From sequence record SRR20825006_1005: a DNA stretch of 64,000 nt; one strand, given 5' to 3'. Below, piece after piece: positions 32,105 through 40,702 of the stretch (position 1 is the stretch's first letter; the number at the start of each line of letters is the position of its first letter). The notes under the pieces were generated by a model, which searched no databases, was not told the DNA's origin, and saw only the letters and a program-made list of their open reading frames with translations. The translations under genes and the position numbers were made by a program.

Positions 32105-34477
32105 ATGAGATCGAACGTATTACGGATGTTTCTTGGACTGACAGCGGCGATGTTGTTCGCTGTCAATGTCTACGCAGGATGCGGAGATTGTGGTGGATGC
32201 GCTAGCGGCGACGGTTGTGTCTCCGATGGTGGTGGTGCCACGGTCATGGGCGGCGGCGTTGCCGGCGCGAGTTATGGGGGTGCATGTGGCCCAACCGTTT
32301 CCTATCAAACGCAAACGGTAATGCGTTCTCAGTACGTCACTGAGACTCAAATGGTGCCCACCACCACTTACCAACGCCAAACGCAAACTCGCATGCGTAG
32401 CGTAACCAAGCAAGTTGCTCGTGTTGAAACACGCGAACAAGAGTACACGGTCAACGTGCCGCAAACTCAAACTCGTACTGAAACCTACGACGTTCAAGTC
32501 GCGGTTCCTTACACCGAAGAAGAAACCTACTCGGTTCAAGTTCCTGTCACGACAGAAGTCGAACAGTCTTACCAAGTGTCGGTTCCTTACACCGAAAACG
32601 TGGAACAGTCGTACCAAGTTTGCGTCCCTTACACCGAGCAGCTTGAGCAAAGCTACACGGTTCAGGTCCCTTACACCGAGACCAAGACGCAAACCTACAC
32701 CGTCAACGTTCCTTACACGGAGCAACAAGAGCAAACCTACACGGTTCAAGTTCCTGTTCAGCAAACACGTGAAGAAACCTACCAAGTGTCGGTTCCTTAC
32801 ACCGAGGACGTCGAGCAAAGCTACACAGTTCAAGTTCCTGTCACGAGCACGCAAACTCAGACTTACCAAGTTTGCGTTCCTTACACCGAAACTTTGACTC
32901 AAACTTACTCGGTTCAAGTTCCTTACACCGAGACTCAAACGCAGACCTACACGGTCAACGTTCCTTACACCGAAACCGTTGAGCAGCCTTTCACGGTAAG
33001 CGTTCCTGTGACTGAGCAAGTCGCTCAGACTTACACGGTCAACGTTCCTTACACCGAAAACGTCGAACAAACCTACACCGTTCGCGTTCCTGTTCAAGAA
33101 ACCAAAACTGCTTATCGTACCGTTACCAAGTGCGTCCCCGTGACCACCATGCGTACCGTCACGAAAGACATGGGCAGCTACCAGTGCCAAGCCGTCGTTT
33201 CCGGCGGTGCAGCTTCCTACGGTAGCGGCGCAGGCGTTTACGCAGCCGGCTCAGGTTGTGGTTCGTCGGCTTGTGGTGGCGGATGTGCAAGCAGCTGCGG
33301 CTCTTGCTCGGCTTGCACCACCAGCTGTGGCGATGGATGCGGTTCGTCGGCTTGTGGCGGCGGATGCGGTGGAGTTGTCGGTGGCGGTGCTGCTTCGGCT
33401 GGATCGGCATGCGGACCAACTGTCTCGTATCGTCAAGTTTACGTTCCTAACTTGGTGACGGAAGAAGTTCCAACCACCTCGTACCAACGTCAAACGCAAC
33501 AGGTTCCTTACACCTACACGACGACTTCGTACACCACGCAAACGCAAACTCGTACCGTTCCTGTTACCAAGGTTCGCACCGAGACTCGTCAGCGTATGGT
33601 CAACGTGACCAAGTACCAAACCGAAACGCGTACTCGTACCGTTCAGGTTCAAAAGTGCCGTCAAGAACAACGTACTCGTGACTACACCGTCACCAAGTAC
33701 CGCACCGAAACGAAAACTCGCGAAGTGCCTGTTCAAAAGACTCGTATGGAAACTCGCACCCGCGAAATTCCTGTGACGACGATGAAGACCGAAACTCGTA
33801 CTCGTACGGTTCCTGTCACCAAGACTCGTCTCGAAACCCGTACTCGTACGGTTCCTTACACCACGATGACGACCGAAGAACGCACTCGTACGATCACTGT
33901 TCAAAAGTGCCGTCAAGAAGAGCGTACTCGTGAGTACAACGTGACGAACTATCGCACTGAAACTCGCACCAAGTCGATTCCAGTGACGAAGACTCGTTTG
34001 GAAACTCGGACTCGTTCGATTCCTGTGACCAAGACTCGCATGGAAACTCGCACTCGCATGGTTCCTCAAACGACCATGACGACCGAAGAACGTACCCGTA
34101 CGGTCAACAAGACCCGCATGGAAACGCAACAACGCACTCGCGAAGTTGCTTACACCGTGAACACTCCTGAAACTCGTACTCGTACTTACAACGTGACTGT
34201 CTATGACACTGTCACCGAAGAAGTGCCAGAAACCTACAGCGTTTGCGTTCCTGTGCAAACAATGAAGGCCGTTCAAGTTCAGGTCTGCAAGCAAGTCCCA
34301 ACCACTGTTCAGGTTCCTGTCTACAGCTCGTCGGCTGCAGGCGTTTCGACCGGTGCTGGTTGCACGGACTGCGGTTCGGCTGCTCCTGTCAGCTACGAAG
34401 CTGCACCTGTCATGCAAGCTGCTCCTGCGGCACCTGTCATGCAAACCGGTGCTGGTTGCACCAACTGTGGTCAGTAA
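32105..34477 (+). CDS. Exported YTV-repeat, Cys/Gly-rich planctomycete envelope protein
   Basis: GGAGG ribosome-binding site before ATG at 32105. Signal peptide ends NVYA|G. Tandem YTVxVP repeats and Cys/Gly-rich segments. Strongly biased codon usage. Confidence 0.85.
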   Translation: MRSNVLRMFLGLTAAMLFAVNVYAGCGDCGGCASGDGCVSDGGGATVMGGGVAGASYGGACGPTVSYQTQTVMRSQYVTETQMVPTTTYQRQTQTRMRSVTKQVARVETREQEYTVNVPQTQTRTETYDVQVAVPYTEEETYSVQVPVTTEVEQSYQVSVPYTENVEQSYQVCVPYTEQLEQSYTVQVPYTETKTQTYTVNVPYTEQQEQTYTVQVPVQQTREETYQVSVPYTEDVEQSYTVQVPVTSTQTQTYQVCVPYTETLTQTYSVQVPYTETQTQTYTVNVPYTETVEQPFTVSVPVTEQVAQTYTVNVPYTENVEQTYTVRVPVQETKTAYRTVTKCVPVTTMRTVTKDMGSYQCQAVVSGGAASYGSGAGVYAAGSGCGSSACGGGCASSCGSCSACTTSCGDGCGSSACGGGCGGVVGGGAASAGSACGPTVSYRQVYVPNLVTEEVPTTSYQRQTQQVPYTYTTTSYTTQTQTRTVPVTKVRTETRQRMVNVTKYQTETRTRTVQVQKCRQEQRTRDYTVTKYRTETKTREVPVQKTRMETRTREIPVTTMKTETRTRTVPVTKTRLETRTRTVPYTTMTTEERTRTITVQKCRQEERTREYNVTNYRTETRTKSIPVTKTRLETRTRSIPVTKTRMETRTRMVPQTTMTTEERTRTVNKTRMETQQRTREVAYTVNTPETRTRTYNVTVYDTVTEEVPETYSVCVPVQTMKAVQVQVCKQVPTTVQVPVYSSSAAGVSTGAGCTDCGSAAPVSYEAAPVMQAAPAAPVMQTGAGCTNCGQ
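32528..33115 (+). repeat. 14 tandem 42-bp (14-aa) repeats, consensus Y-T/Q/S-V-x-V-P-Y/V-T-E-x-x-x-Q-T/S (acidic arm)
   Basis: Counted directly in the translation, from YSVQVPVTTEVEQS to YTVRVPVQETKTAY. Confidence 0.9.
33557..34102 (+). repeat. 13 tandem 42-bp (14-aa) repeats, consensus V/I-P-V-T-K-x-R-x-E-T-R-T-R-x (basic arm)
   Basis: Counted directly in the translation, from VPVTKVRTETRQRM to VPQTTMTTEERTRT. Confidence 0.9.
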
Positions 34478-34490
34478 TTGCTAACCATTG

Positions 34491-34572
34491 TTCGCCGGAT
34501 GGTGGTTCATCATCCGGTGAATTTTGAAATCACAAACGGCTCGCATTCATTTCGAATGCGGGCCGTTTTTTT
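34491..34572 (+). terminator. Tandem hairpins after the YTV gene; the second is an intrinsic terminator
   Basis: TTCGCCGGATGGTG-gtt-CATCATCCGGTGAA (34491-34521), then AAACGGCTCGCATTC-atttc-GAATGCGGGCCGTTT plus a T-tract. Confidence 0.8.
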
Positions 34573-34726
34573 GTGTTGAATTGACAATCTGCGACGGACT
34601 TCCTTGTCCGGCGGTGGGCAACGTTGATGGCCGGATGATGTCGTGGCAACGTTTGCATTGGGCGACGATCCATCGCGCGTGGTTCGATCGATCACGACTC
34701 AATGTGATCCCCGCGAGGTGGAATGT

Positions 34727-35872
34727 TTACGGCGACGGGTAGTCAGCGGCTTCCGCCAGCAGATTCACGGCGCGGTCGATCTGTTCTCGGCTGGTCGTCC
34801 ACCCAACCGAAACGCGAATTGCGCGGCCAATCTCTTTCTCACTGCGGCCAATCGCTCGAAGCACTCGAGTCATTTCATCGGGTGGCGATTCAGATTGGGC
34901 CAAACCGACGACCAGATGGCGAGCTGCCTTTTGGATGCGTTTTGCTTCCGCGGGCATTTGTACAGTGACCGTGTTGGGCAAACCGTCGACATGTTCGGCG
35001 TGGATAAGGACCTGTTCGCCGAGATTGCTTCGTAAGCCGTCGATCAATCGCTGGCGAAGTTCCGCGAGTGTCTCGTAGGCTTCGTCGACACAGCGTCCCG
35101 CCATGGAAGCGGCGGAGCCAAACCCCACAATGCCGGGCACGTTTTCGCTGCCCGCTCTCAGGCCCATCTCACGACTCTCACCGAACAAGATGGGTTTGAG
35201 TTCCAGACCTCGCCGAACAAAGAGAGCTCCGTTGCCTTTGGGGCCGTACATCTTGTGGGCGCTTAGTGCCAACGAGTCAACGCGAAGCTGCGTGACGTCG
35301 ACGGGGATTTTTCCGACCGATGTGGTCGCGTCGCAATGAAGGCGAATGCCTCGATTGTGGCATCGATCCGCTAATTCGCGGACGGGTTGAAGGGTACCCA
35401 GGACATGGTTGGCCAATTGCAGGCAGACCATTTGCGTCGATTCGCGAAAGCGTTTTTCAAACTCATCTGCGCTGACCAATCCATTGGCATCGCACGGGAC
35501 GAGTTCGACATCCCACCCGAGACGACCGAGTTGCAAACCGGCCTGCATGACCGCATCGTGTTCGACGTTGCTGATCAACACATGAGGAGGACCGTCTAGC
35601 GGATCCATGGTGTTGTCGAACTCCGCCGCTCCGAGAATGCCAAGGTTGTTGGCCTCTGTTCCCCCGCTGGTGAAAACCAGTTCGAAGGGTTCACATCCGA
35701 TAAGAAAGGCGACTGATTCGCGAGCCCCTTCGATTGCTTCGCTGACCGCCGATGCGTGAACATGAGATTGTGTCGGCAGCATAAAGTGCGTCGACCAATA
35801 CGGCTGCATTGCCTCGATCACCGAAGGAGCCATCGGTGTTGTGCGATTGAAATCGAGGTAAATCAGCGACAC
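34727..35872 (-). CDS. NifS/IscS-like class V PLP protein, apparently lacking the catalytic cysteine
   Basis: IYLDFNRTTP, FTSGGTEANN, EHDAV, HCDATTSVGK, SAHKMYGPKG (PLP Lys) and RAGSENV. No SSGSAC motif. Confidence 0.88.
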   Translation of the reverse strand: MSLIYLDFNRTTPMAPSVIEAMQPYWSTHFMLPTQSHVHASAVSEAIEGARESVAFLIGCEPFELVFTSGGTEANNLGILGAAEFDNTMDPLDGPPHVLISNVEHDAVMQAGLQLGRLGWDVELVPCDANGLVSADEFEKRFRESTQMVCLQLANHVLGTLQPVRELADRCHNRGIRLHCDATTSVGKIPVDVTQLRVDSLALSAHKMYGPKGNGALFVRRGLELKPILFGESREMGLRAGSENVPGIVGFGSAASMAGRCVDEAYETLAELRQRLIDGLRSNLGEQVLIHAEHVDGLPNTVTVQMPAEAKRIQKAARHLVVGLAQSESPPDEMTRVLRAIGRSEKEIGRAIRVSVGWTTSREQIDRAVNLLAEAADYPSP

Positions 35873-36012
35873 GGCGAGTGAGACTAAGGTGGCAAAGCAA
35901 GGGAAGCGGGTTCCCCAGATTAACCCCTTTGCCCTGTGAATCTAGCCGCCAACGCAGCGATTCTCACCGCGGGTCGGAAACGCTGCGGGCGGTTGTTCCA
36001 CCATGGCTCAGC

Positions 36013-36525
36013 TCAACGAGGCTTTTTCTTGCGTCCTTTGGCCAAACGCTTCATCTTCTTGACCTCGTCTTCGGAAACGACCCATCCGCGACAGTTGCGA
36101 GCACCGCACTGGCATTTGGGATTCCAGTCAAAAGCTTCCCACGCATAGTCGAACGAGATTTCGGTCTCGGCTTCGATGTTGCAGATCGCGACAACACCGA
36201 GTGAAAACTCGGTCAGTTGGACCAGTTCGCAGTTGGGGCTGCACGAATGGTTCATGAAAGCGCCCGGCGTACTGGGTTCGAGGTACCAGTCTTCGTCCAG
36301 GTCCATGACGTATTCACTACCTTCGTAGTGTTTTTTGTTAATCAATTGACCGGTGACTTCAAACACCAGTTCACCAGGTTGGAACTGCCGGGCAGCGTAC
36401 ACGCCAAAGCCACATCGCCCTGTGCTTTTGACTTCGATGTCGTCGTCGTAATACGAACGGTAGGAATAGTCCTTGTCCACAACAGCTTGGAGCTTTTTGC
36501 GACGTTGTTTATCCAGTGCGGTCAT
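36013..36525 (-). CDS. SET-domain protein-lysine methyltransferase with post-SET zinc motif
   Basis: GFGVYA, FMNHSCSPNC, EISFDY and CQCGARNCRG. Confidence 0.92.
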   Translation of the reverse strand: MTALDKQRRKKLQAVVDKDYSYRSYYDDDIEVKSTGRCGFGVYAARQFQPGELVFEVTGQLINKKHYEGSEYVMDLDEDWYLEPSTPGAFMNHSCSPNCELVQLTEFSLGVVAICNIEAETEISFDYAWEAFDWNPKCQCGARNCRGWVVSEDEVKKMKRLAKGRKKKPR

Positions 36526-36777
36526 TCGGTTTTATGAAGAAAGATGAGGTGGAGACCATGGACGGATTTTACCAAGCTTTGCGAAACCGAAGCGGACCGT
36601 CAACGAGCAAACGAGCGAAATTTCGTGCCCGATCTTGGGAGTGCCGATCCTAATCGGTTTGAAACGAATGTGAGGGCTGCGCGTGATTGAAAAAAACGTT
36701 CGATGCATGCCGGGGGGAAGCGTCGATCAAACCGAAGCCATCCAATTTGATTGGTTTCCAATTCCAAGGGATCTTCC

Positions 36778-37545
36778 ATGTCACGTTCGCTCTTCACTTT
36801 CTTTTGTGTGATGACCTTTTCTTTGGTCACCACCAATGTTCACGCGGACTTGGATTCGTTGCTGGGGAGTTGGACTGAGGCTGCTTCGGCGGAACACGCT
36901 GCAGAAGAATCGTTGGTGCTCAACCATGCGTCAGATCAACCTGCTCAGGTCCAACACATGCCCGCACCTGTAACGGGGTTCCCTCACCAACCCGTCGCGA
37001 CGGTGAATCCATACGTGGTGACGCCAGGAACGATCGATTGCGGCGGTTGCGATTCGGCTGGCCCTTGCCAGAAACCAAACTGCAAAACTTGCGGTCCAAA
37101 GTTCAACTGGGCCAAACGACTTGGTAGCGGATGCAGCACTTGTGGCGAGTTGGTGGATCCATCTTGCCAAGCGTGCAAGACGAGCGGCTTGAAAGGCAAA
37201 CTCAAAGGTTTGGGATCGAAGGGCTGCAACACTTGCGGCGAGATCGTCGAAGGTTGCCAAGCCGGTTGCAATCTTGGGTTGAGCGAGTGCCGTCCCCACC
37301 GTGCACCAGCGTTGCCACCGCCAAGCTCGATGCTGGAATACTTCCGTAGCCGACCTTCCTACTCTGGGATTTGGGCTGGCTACGCAGAAGAAACTCGCAA
37401 TCGTTGCCGCAACAAGAGCCCTCACGTTTTGGGAACTTGTGATTGCTTGGGATGTCAAACCGGTGGTTGCCAGTCGGGCAACTGTGGGGCCGCTGCTCCA
37501 ACGACGGGCGGATGCCAATCAGGCTGTGCTTCGTGCGGACACTGA
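36778..37545 (+). CDS. Exported Cys/Gly-rich protein (multiple CxxC)
   Basis: Signal peptide ends NVHA|D. Many CxxC motifs. Internal duplication LGSGCSTCGELV / LGSKGCNTCGEIV. Confidence 0.75.
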   Translation: MSRSLFTFFCVMTFSLVTTNVHADLDSLLGSWTEAASAEHAAEESLVLNHASDQPAQVQHMPAPVTGFPHQPVATVNPYVVTPGTIDCGGCDSAGPCQKPNCKTCGPKFNWAKRLGSGCSTCGELVDPSCQACKTSGLKGKLKGLGSKGCNTCGEIVEGCQAGCNLGLSECRPHRAPALPPPSSMLEYFRSRPSYSGIWAGYAEETRNRCRNKSPHVLGTCDCLGCQTGGCQSGNCGAAAPTTGGCQSGCASCGH

Positions 37546-37569
37546 TTTGACTTTGAATCCGGGCAGAGT

Positions 37570-39207
37570 CTAGGCGGCTTCGCCAACCCAGCTGCGAATC
37601 ACGTTGGCGGCAACTTCCGGGTTGTCTTCGACCAAGGCAACCAGTTCATCTTGCAGTGAACCGCCGGTGATCTCCATCGCCTCGACCTTCTCGGTTTGCT
37701 CTTCCACGGCAATTGGCGGTGCCGGAAGTTCCAATCCAAACCCTTCTTTGAAGTCGGTTGGGTCGGCGTTGCCGCTCAGCGATTTGACGCTGCTCCGAGC
37801 GATCAAGAGTGCTGCGGCGGCCAAGCCGAGCATCGCCAAGGTCTGCCATGAGTCGGACAACCACGACAGCGCGATTGCGGCGGTCGCGGGTGAATCCATT
37901 TCGGGCTCGGGCAAATCGATGTAGTCCCAAACTTGAACCAATGGGAATCGGTCTTCGCCAGCGGCCACGTCGGGTAGAAGAGCGGTAACGGCTTGTTGGA
38001 TTTCGGTTTCGGTTTGTTCCTTGAGAGTGACCAAATCGGTCGTCTCCATCTGTTTGATGTCATCCACGGTTTGGTCGGGATTCGTCTCAAGCTGCTGTTT
38101 GGTCCAAACCTTTTTGTAGTAGCTTCGTGGCAGTCCGATCGAAACTTTCACGCGTTTGACAGGCAGCCCGGCCATTCGAGTCGTGGAATATTCTTGACCG
38201 GCGACACGATTGCTGGTTCGTTCGTCTTCTTTTGTCTTGGATGTTTGGGCGGTCGCATCCAGTTTGACCGGACGGTTGCTGCTGAGTGCGTTCGTTTGTG
38301 CACCGGGAACTCCGCCGGGCATCGGGCGTGACGATTCGGTTTCGCGTTTGCGAGAAGTTTCGTTCAGCGTGGTTGGTTGGTCTTCGTAACTGAGGCTGGC
38401 TGTTTCTGTGCTCATAGTCGGGTCGATTTCGACGTGAGTTGCCACGTGAATCTTTCCGTAACCCATCAAGTGATTGCGGATCTTCATCTCGAACCGCTCT
38501 TCTTCTTCGCGACGTTTTCGAGACAATGGGTCGTCGTCTTCTGCCAAACCGAATGCTGATGAGCCATTGGTGTCTGTCACAACGACATCATCCGTCGACA
38601 TGCCCGCGAAGGCGGCACGGACCAAGTCTTTGATCTGGAAGATGCGATCGCGCGACAAAGGGGCGATGCCCTCGGGTTCGACGGTGACGCTGGCCGATTG
38701 CGGGCGGGTGCGTGAAAGACCCATGCGTTCGCCTTGGTCGTATTCCACTCTCGCGGTACGCACTTCGTCGAACATCATGATGCTGCGAGCGATGTCAAGC
38801 AGTTTGGCATTTCGCTCTCGAGCCATGCGTTGTTCGTTCGATTCAAACGGACTGGACTTTTCGATTGCGGCTTGAACGCTGGTGCGTAAAGACAAAGGCA
38901 GCGAAGCAGAGCTTTCCAACGCCTTCAGAAACTCGCTTCGTGATTCGATTGGAATCTTGATACGGCGGCCTTCACGAGTCCAACCTCGAAGGTCCGCGTT
39001 TCCGAATGCAACTTCGGCCGCATCCAAGTCTCGCTCGCTAAAGCTGCGACCGCCCAGCAAGTACTCTGACGAAGGTGTCGAGTTGCCACGCACCAAGAAA
39101 CCCATTGCCACGATGATGGCGGTCAGCAACAACCCCGCGATAATTCGCGAAGGAACGGGCATCGTGGAATAGATGCTTCGAAATTGATCGAGAGCGGTTT
39201 GAAGCAT
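37570..39207 (-). CDS. fliF: Flagellar MS-ring protein FliF-like
   Basis: N- and C-terminal TM helices, SASVTVE, VVVTDTNG, PGGVPGAQTN and C-terminal EDNPEVAANVIRSW. Follows fliE. Confidence 0.8.
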   Translation of the reverse strand: MLQTALDQFRSIYSTMPVPSRIIAGLLLTAIIVAMGFLVRGNSTPSSEYLLGGRSFSERDLDAAEVAFGNADLRGWTREGRRIKIPIESRSEFLKALESSASLPLSLRTSVQAAIEKSSPFESNEQRMARERNAKLLDIARSIMMFDEVRTARVEYDQGERMGLSRTRPQSASVTVEPEGIAPLSRDRIFQIKDLVRAAFAGMSTDDVVVTDTNGSSAFGLAEDDDPLSRKRREEEERFEMKIRNHLMGYGKIHVATHVEIDPTMSTETASLSYEDQPTTLNETSRKRETESSRPMPGGVPGAQTNALSSNRPVKLDATAQTSKTKEDERTSNRVAGQEYSTTRMAGLPVKRVKVSIGLPRSYYKKVWTKQQLETNPDQTVDDIKQMETTDLVTLKEQTETEIQQAVTALLPDVAAGEDRFPLVQVWDYIDLPEPEMDSPATAAIALSWLSDSWQTLAMLGLAAAALLIARSSVKSLSGNADPTDFKEGFGLELPAPPIAVEEQTEKVEAMEITGGSLQDELVALVEDNPEVAANVIRSWVGEAA

Positions 39208-39217
39208 AGAAGTTTAG

Positions 39218-39637
39218 CTAGATCTGAACTTGTTGAATTTCTCTGTAGGCGTCCATCAGCTTGTTGCGGATTTGCATCAGCATCCGGAATGCCAAGTCCG
39301 CTTTTTGAACCGAGGTGAGGACTTCGGCTTCATTGACATCGCCGCCGGTCAACATGGAATGAACCATGGAGTCGGCTTGGTTCTGCATCGAGTTAACGCC
39401 CTTGACCTGGTTCATCAACAGATTGCCCATCTCGCCGAACGAAGAATCGGTCGAATTGGACTGAGTTGATTGTGGATCGAGTAGCGAAAACGCTTGGTTG
39501 GTTCCTCGTTGGTCAACGCCTGCCGTCTTGGTCGCCTGAGAAGACGCACCGCCCTGCAACGCACTGAACGTTGGCGGCGGACGGAAGGAAGCAACGGGAC
39601 GCATGGAATTGGTGGGCGATGCAAAGAGGAGAGGCAA
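39218..39637 (-). CDS. fliE: Flagellar hook-basal body protein FliE
   Basis: C-terminal VQKADLAFRMLMQIRNKLMDAYREIQQVQI. Confidence 0.92.
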   Translation of the reverse strand: MPLLFASPTNSMRPVASFRPPPTFSALQGGASSQATKTAGVDQRGTNQAFSLLDPQSTQSNSTDSSFGEMGNLLMNQVKGVNSMQNQADSMVHSMLTGGDVNEAEVLTSVQKADLAFRMLMQIRNKLMDAYREIQQVQI

Positions 39638-39672
39638 ACGTTTCGCGAGCGATTCGTCTTAAACAGAAGCTA

Positions 39673-40092
39673 TCAGGCCAAAATGGCGAGTCGTTGTCGA
39701 CTCATTCCCTTGCTGATTTCAATCACACCGACGTTGGCCTCGTAAGCACGCGTGCTTTCCAATGCGTCGACCATCTGAGTTGTCAGGTCAATGTTGGGGT
39801 AAGCGACATAGCCTTCCCACTTGCCTTCGTTGATGGCCAACGGGTGATCGGGTTGATAGCGATACAGCGGTTCGGATTCGTCCAGCATGACTTCTGACAC
39901 CTTCACGCCGGCGGCTTCACCGGGGCTGGCGGTTTCGTCGGTTTGAAAGACGACCTGTCTCGCTTGATAAGGACTTGGGTTTCCGTTCTCGTCGACAAGC
40001 GAGGAGATGTTCGCGATGTTGCCTGAAATTGCATTGAGTCGCGTGCGTTGAGCGACCAAAGCGGAGGTGCTGATATCGAGTGCACTGATCAT
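39673..40092 (-). CDS. flgC: Flagellar basal-body rod protein FlgC
   Basis: ISTSALVAQRTRLNAISGNIAN, YQPDHPLA, GYVAYPNI and RAYEANV. Confidence 0.95.
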   Translation of the reverse strand: MISALDISTSALVAQRTRLNAISGNIANISSLVDENGNPSPYQARQVVFQTDETASPGEAAGVKVSEVMLDESEPLYRYQPDHPLAINEGKWEGYVAYPNIDLTTQMVDALESTRAYEANVGVIEISKGMSRQRLAILA

Positions 40093-40139
40093 GGCGATCT
40101 CCAAGCAAAGAGGAAGTTGAATCGAAAACGGAAGGCGTA

Positions 40140-40700
40140 TCAGGCACGTTCGGTGATCGCAGCACGCAGCAGTTCAAACTGACTGCGGAGCGTGGTCACG
40201 GCGAGGTCGTGCAGGTGTTGGTTCTTGGCAATTTCGGTGACTTGTTGTTCCAGCGAAACGTCGCTGTTGTCGTGGTAGACGACTTGTTCCATTGCGGCTC
40301 GTGGTCCACTGAACTGATCATCACGCGTGATAGATTCGGCGGTTCGCGAAGGGCTGAGAGCCGACAATTGTTCCGGGCTCATTTGGTCGGCGGACGGATT
40401 GGGCATCCCGACCGTGCCACCTCGGATAGCGGTGCCAAATGGATCGTGAACCCAAGACGGGATGTGTCCTTGGCTCAGATCAGGTTGAGCGATTTCGGGT
40501 GCAGGTGATGGCCCCTTTCCTCGGTCTCGAATCGACTCTGCCAACGCGGTTTGAAACTGCCCTTGGTCCAGATCGCGACTTCGGTAATCGGGCGTGCTCA
40601 GGTTGGCAATGTTGCCAGCCAACAGCTCGTGGCGTCGTTCTGTGAACGCCAGCGTCTGTTCAAGTGCACCGATGGTTGTCGAAGCGACTGGGTTGAACAT
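40140..40700 (-). CDS. flgB: Flagellar basal-body rod protein FlgB (with Pro-rich insertion)
   Basis: RHELLAGNIANLSTPDYRSRDL and DNSDVSLEQQVTEIAKNQ. Confidence 0.9.
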   Translation of the reverse strand: MFNPVASTTIGALEQTLAFTERRHELLAGNIANLSTPDYRSRDLDQGQFQTALAESIRDRGKGPSPAPEIAQPDLSQGHIPSWVHDPFGTAIRGGTVGMPNPSADQMSPEQLSALSPSRTAESITRDDQFSGPRAAMEQVVYHDNSDVSLEQQVTEIAKNQHLHDLAVTTLRSQFELLRAAITERA

Positions 40701-40702
40701 TT

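Noticed and set aside
32528-34102. Regular 42-bp periodicity resembling a CRISPR array
   Set aside because: The repeats are in-frame, degenerate at synonymous positions and lack unique spacers. No cas genes are present.
32120-34444. Long antisense ORFs (356 aa and 397 aa) over the YTV gene
   Set aside because: Shadow ORFs. The repetitive, codon-biased sense strand rarely uses TTA/CTA/TCA in frame, so the antisense frame lacks stops.
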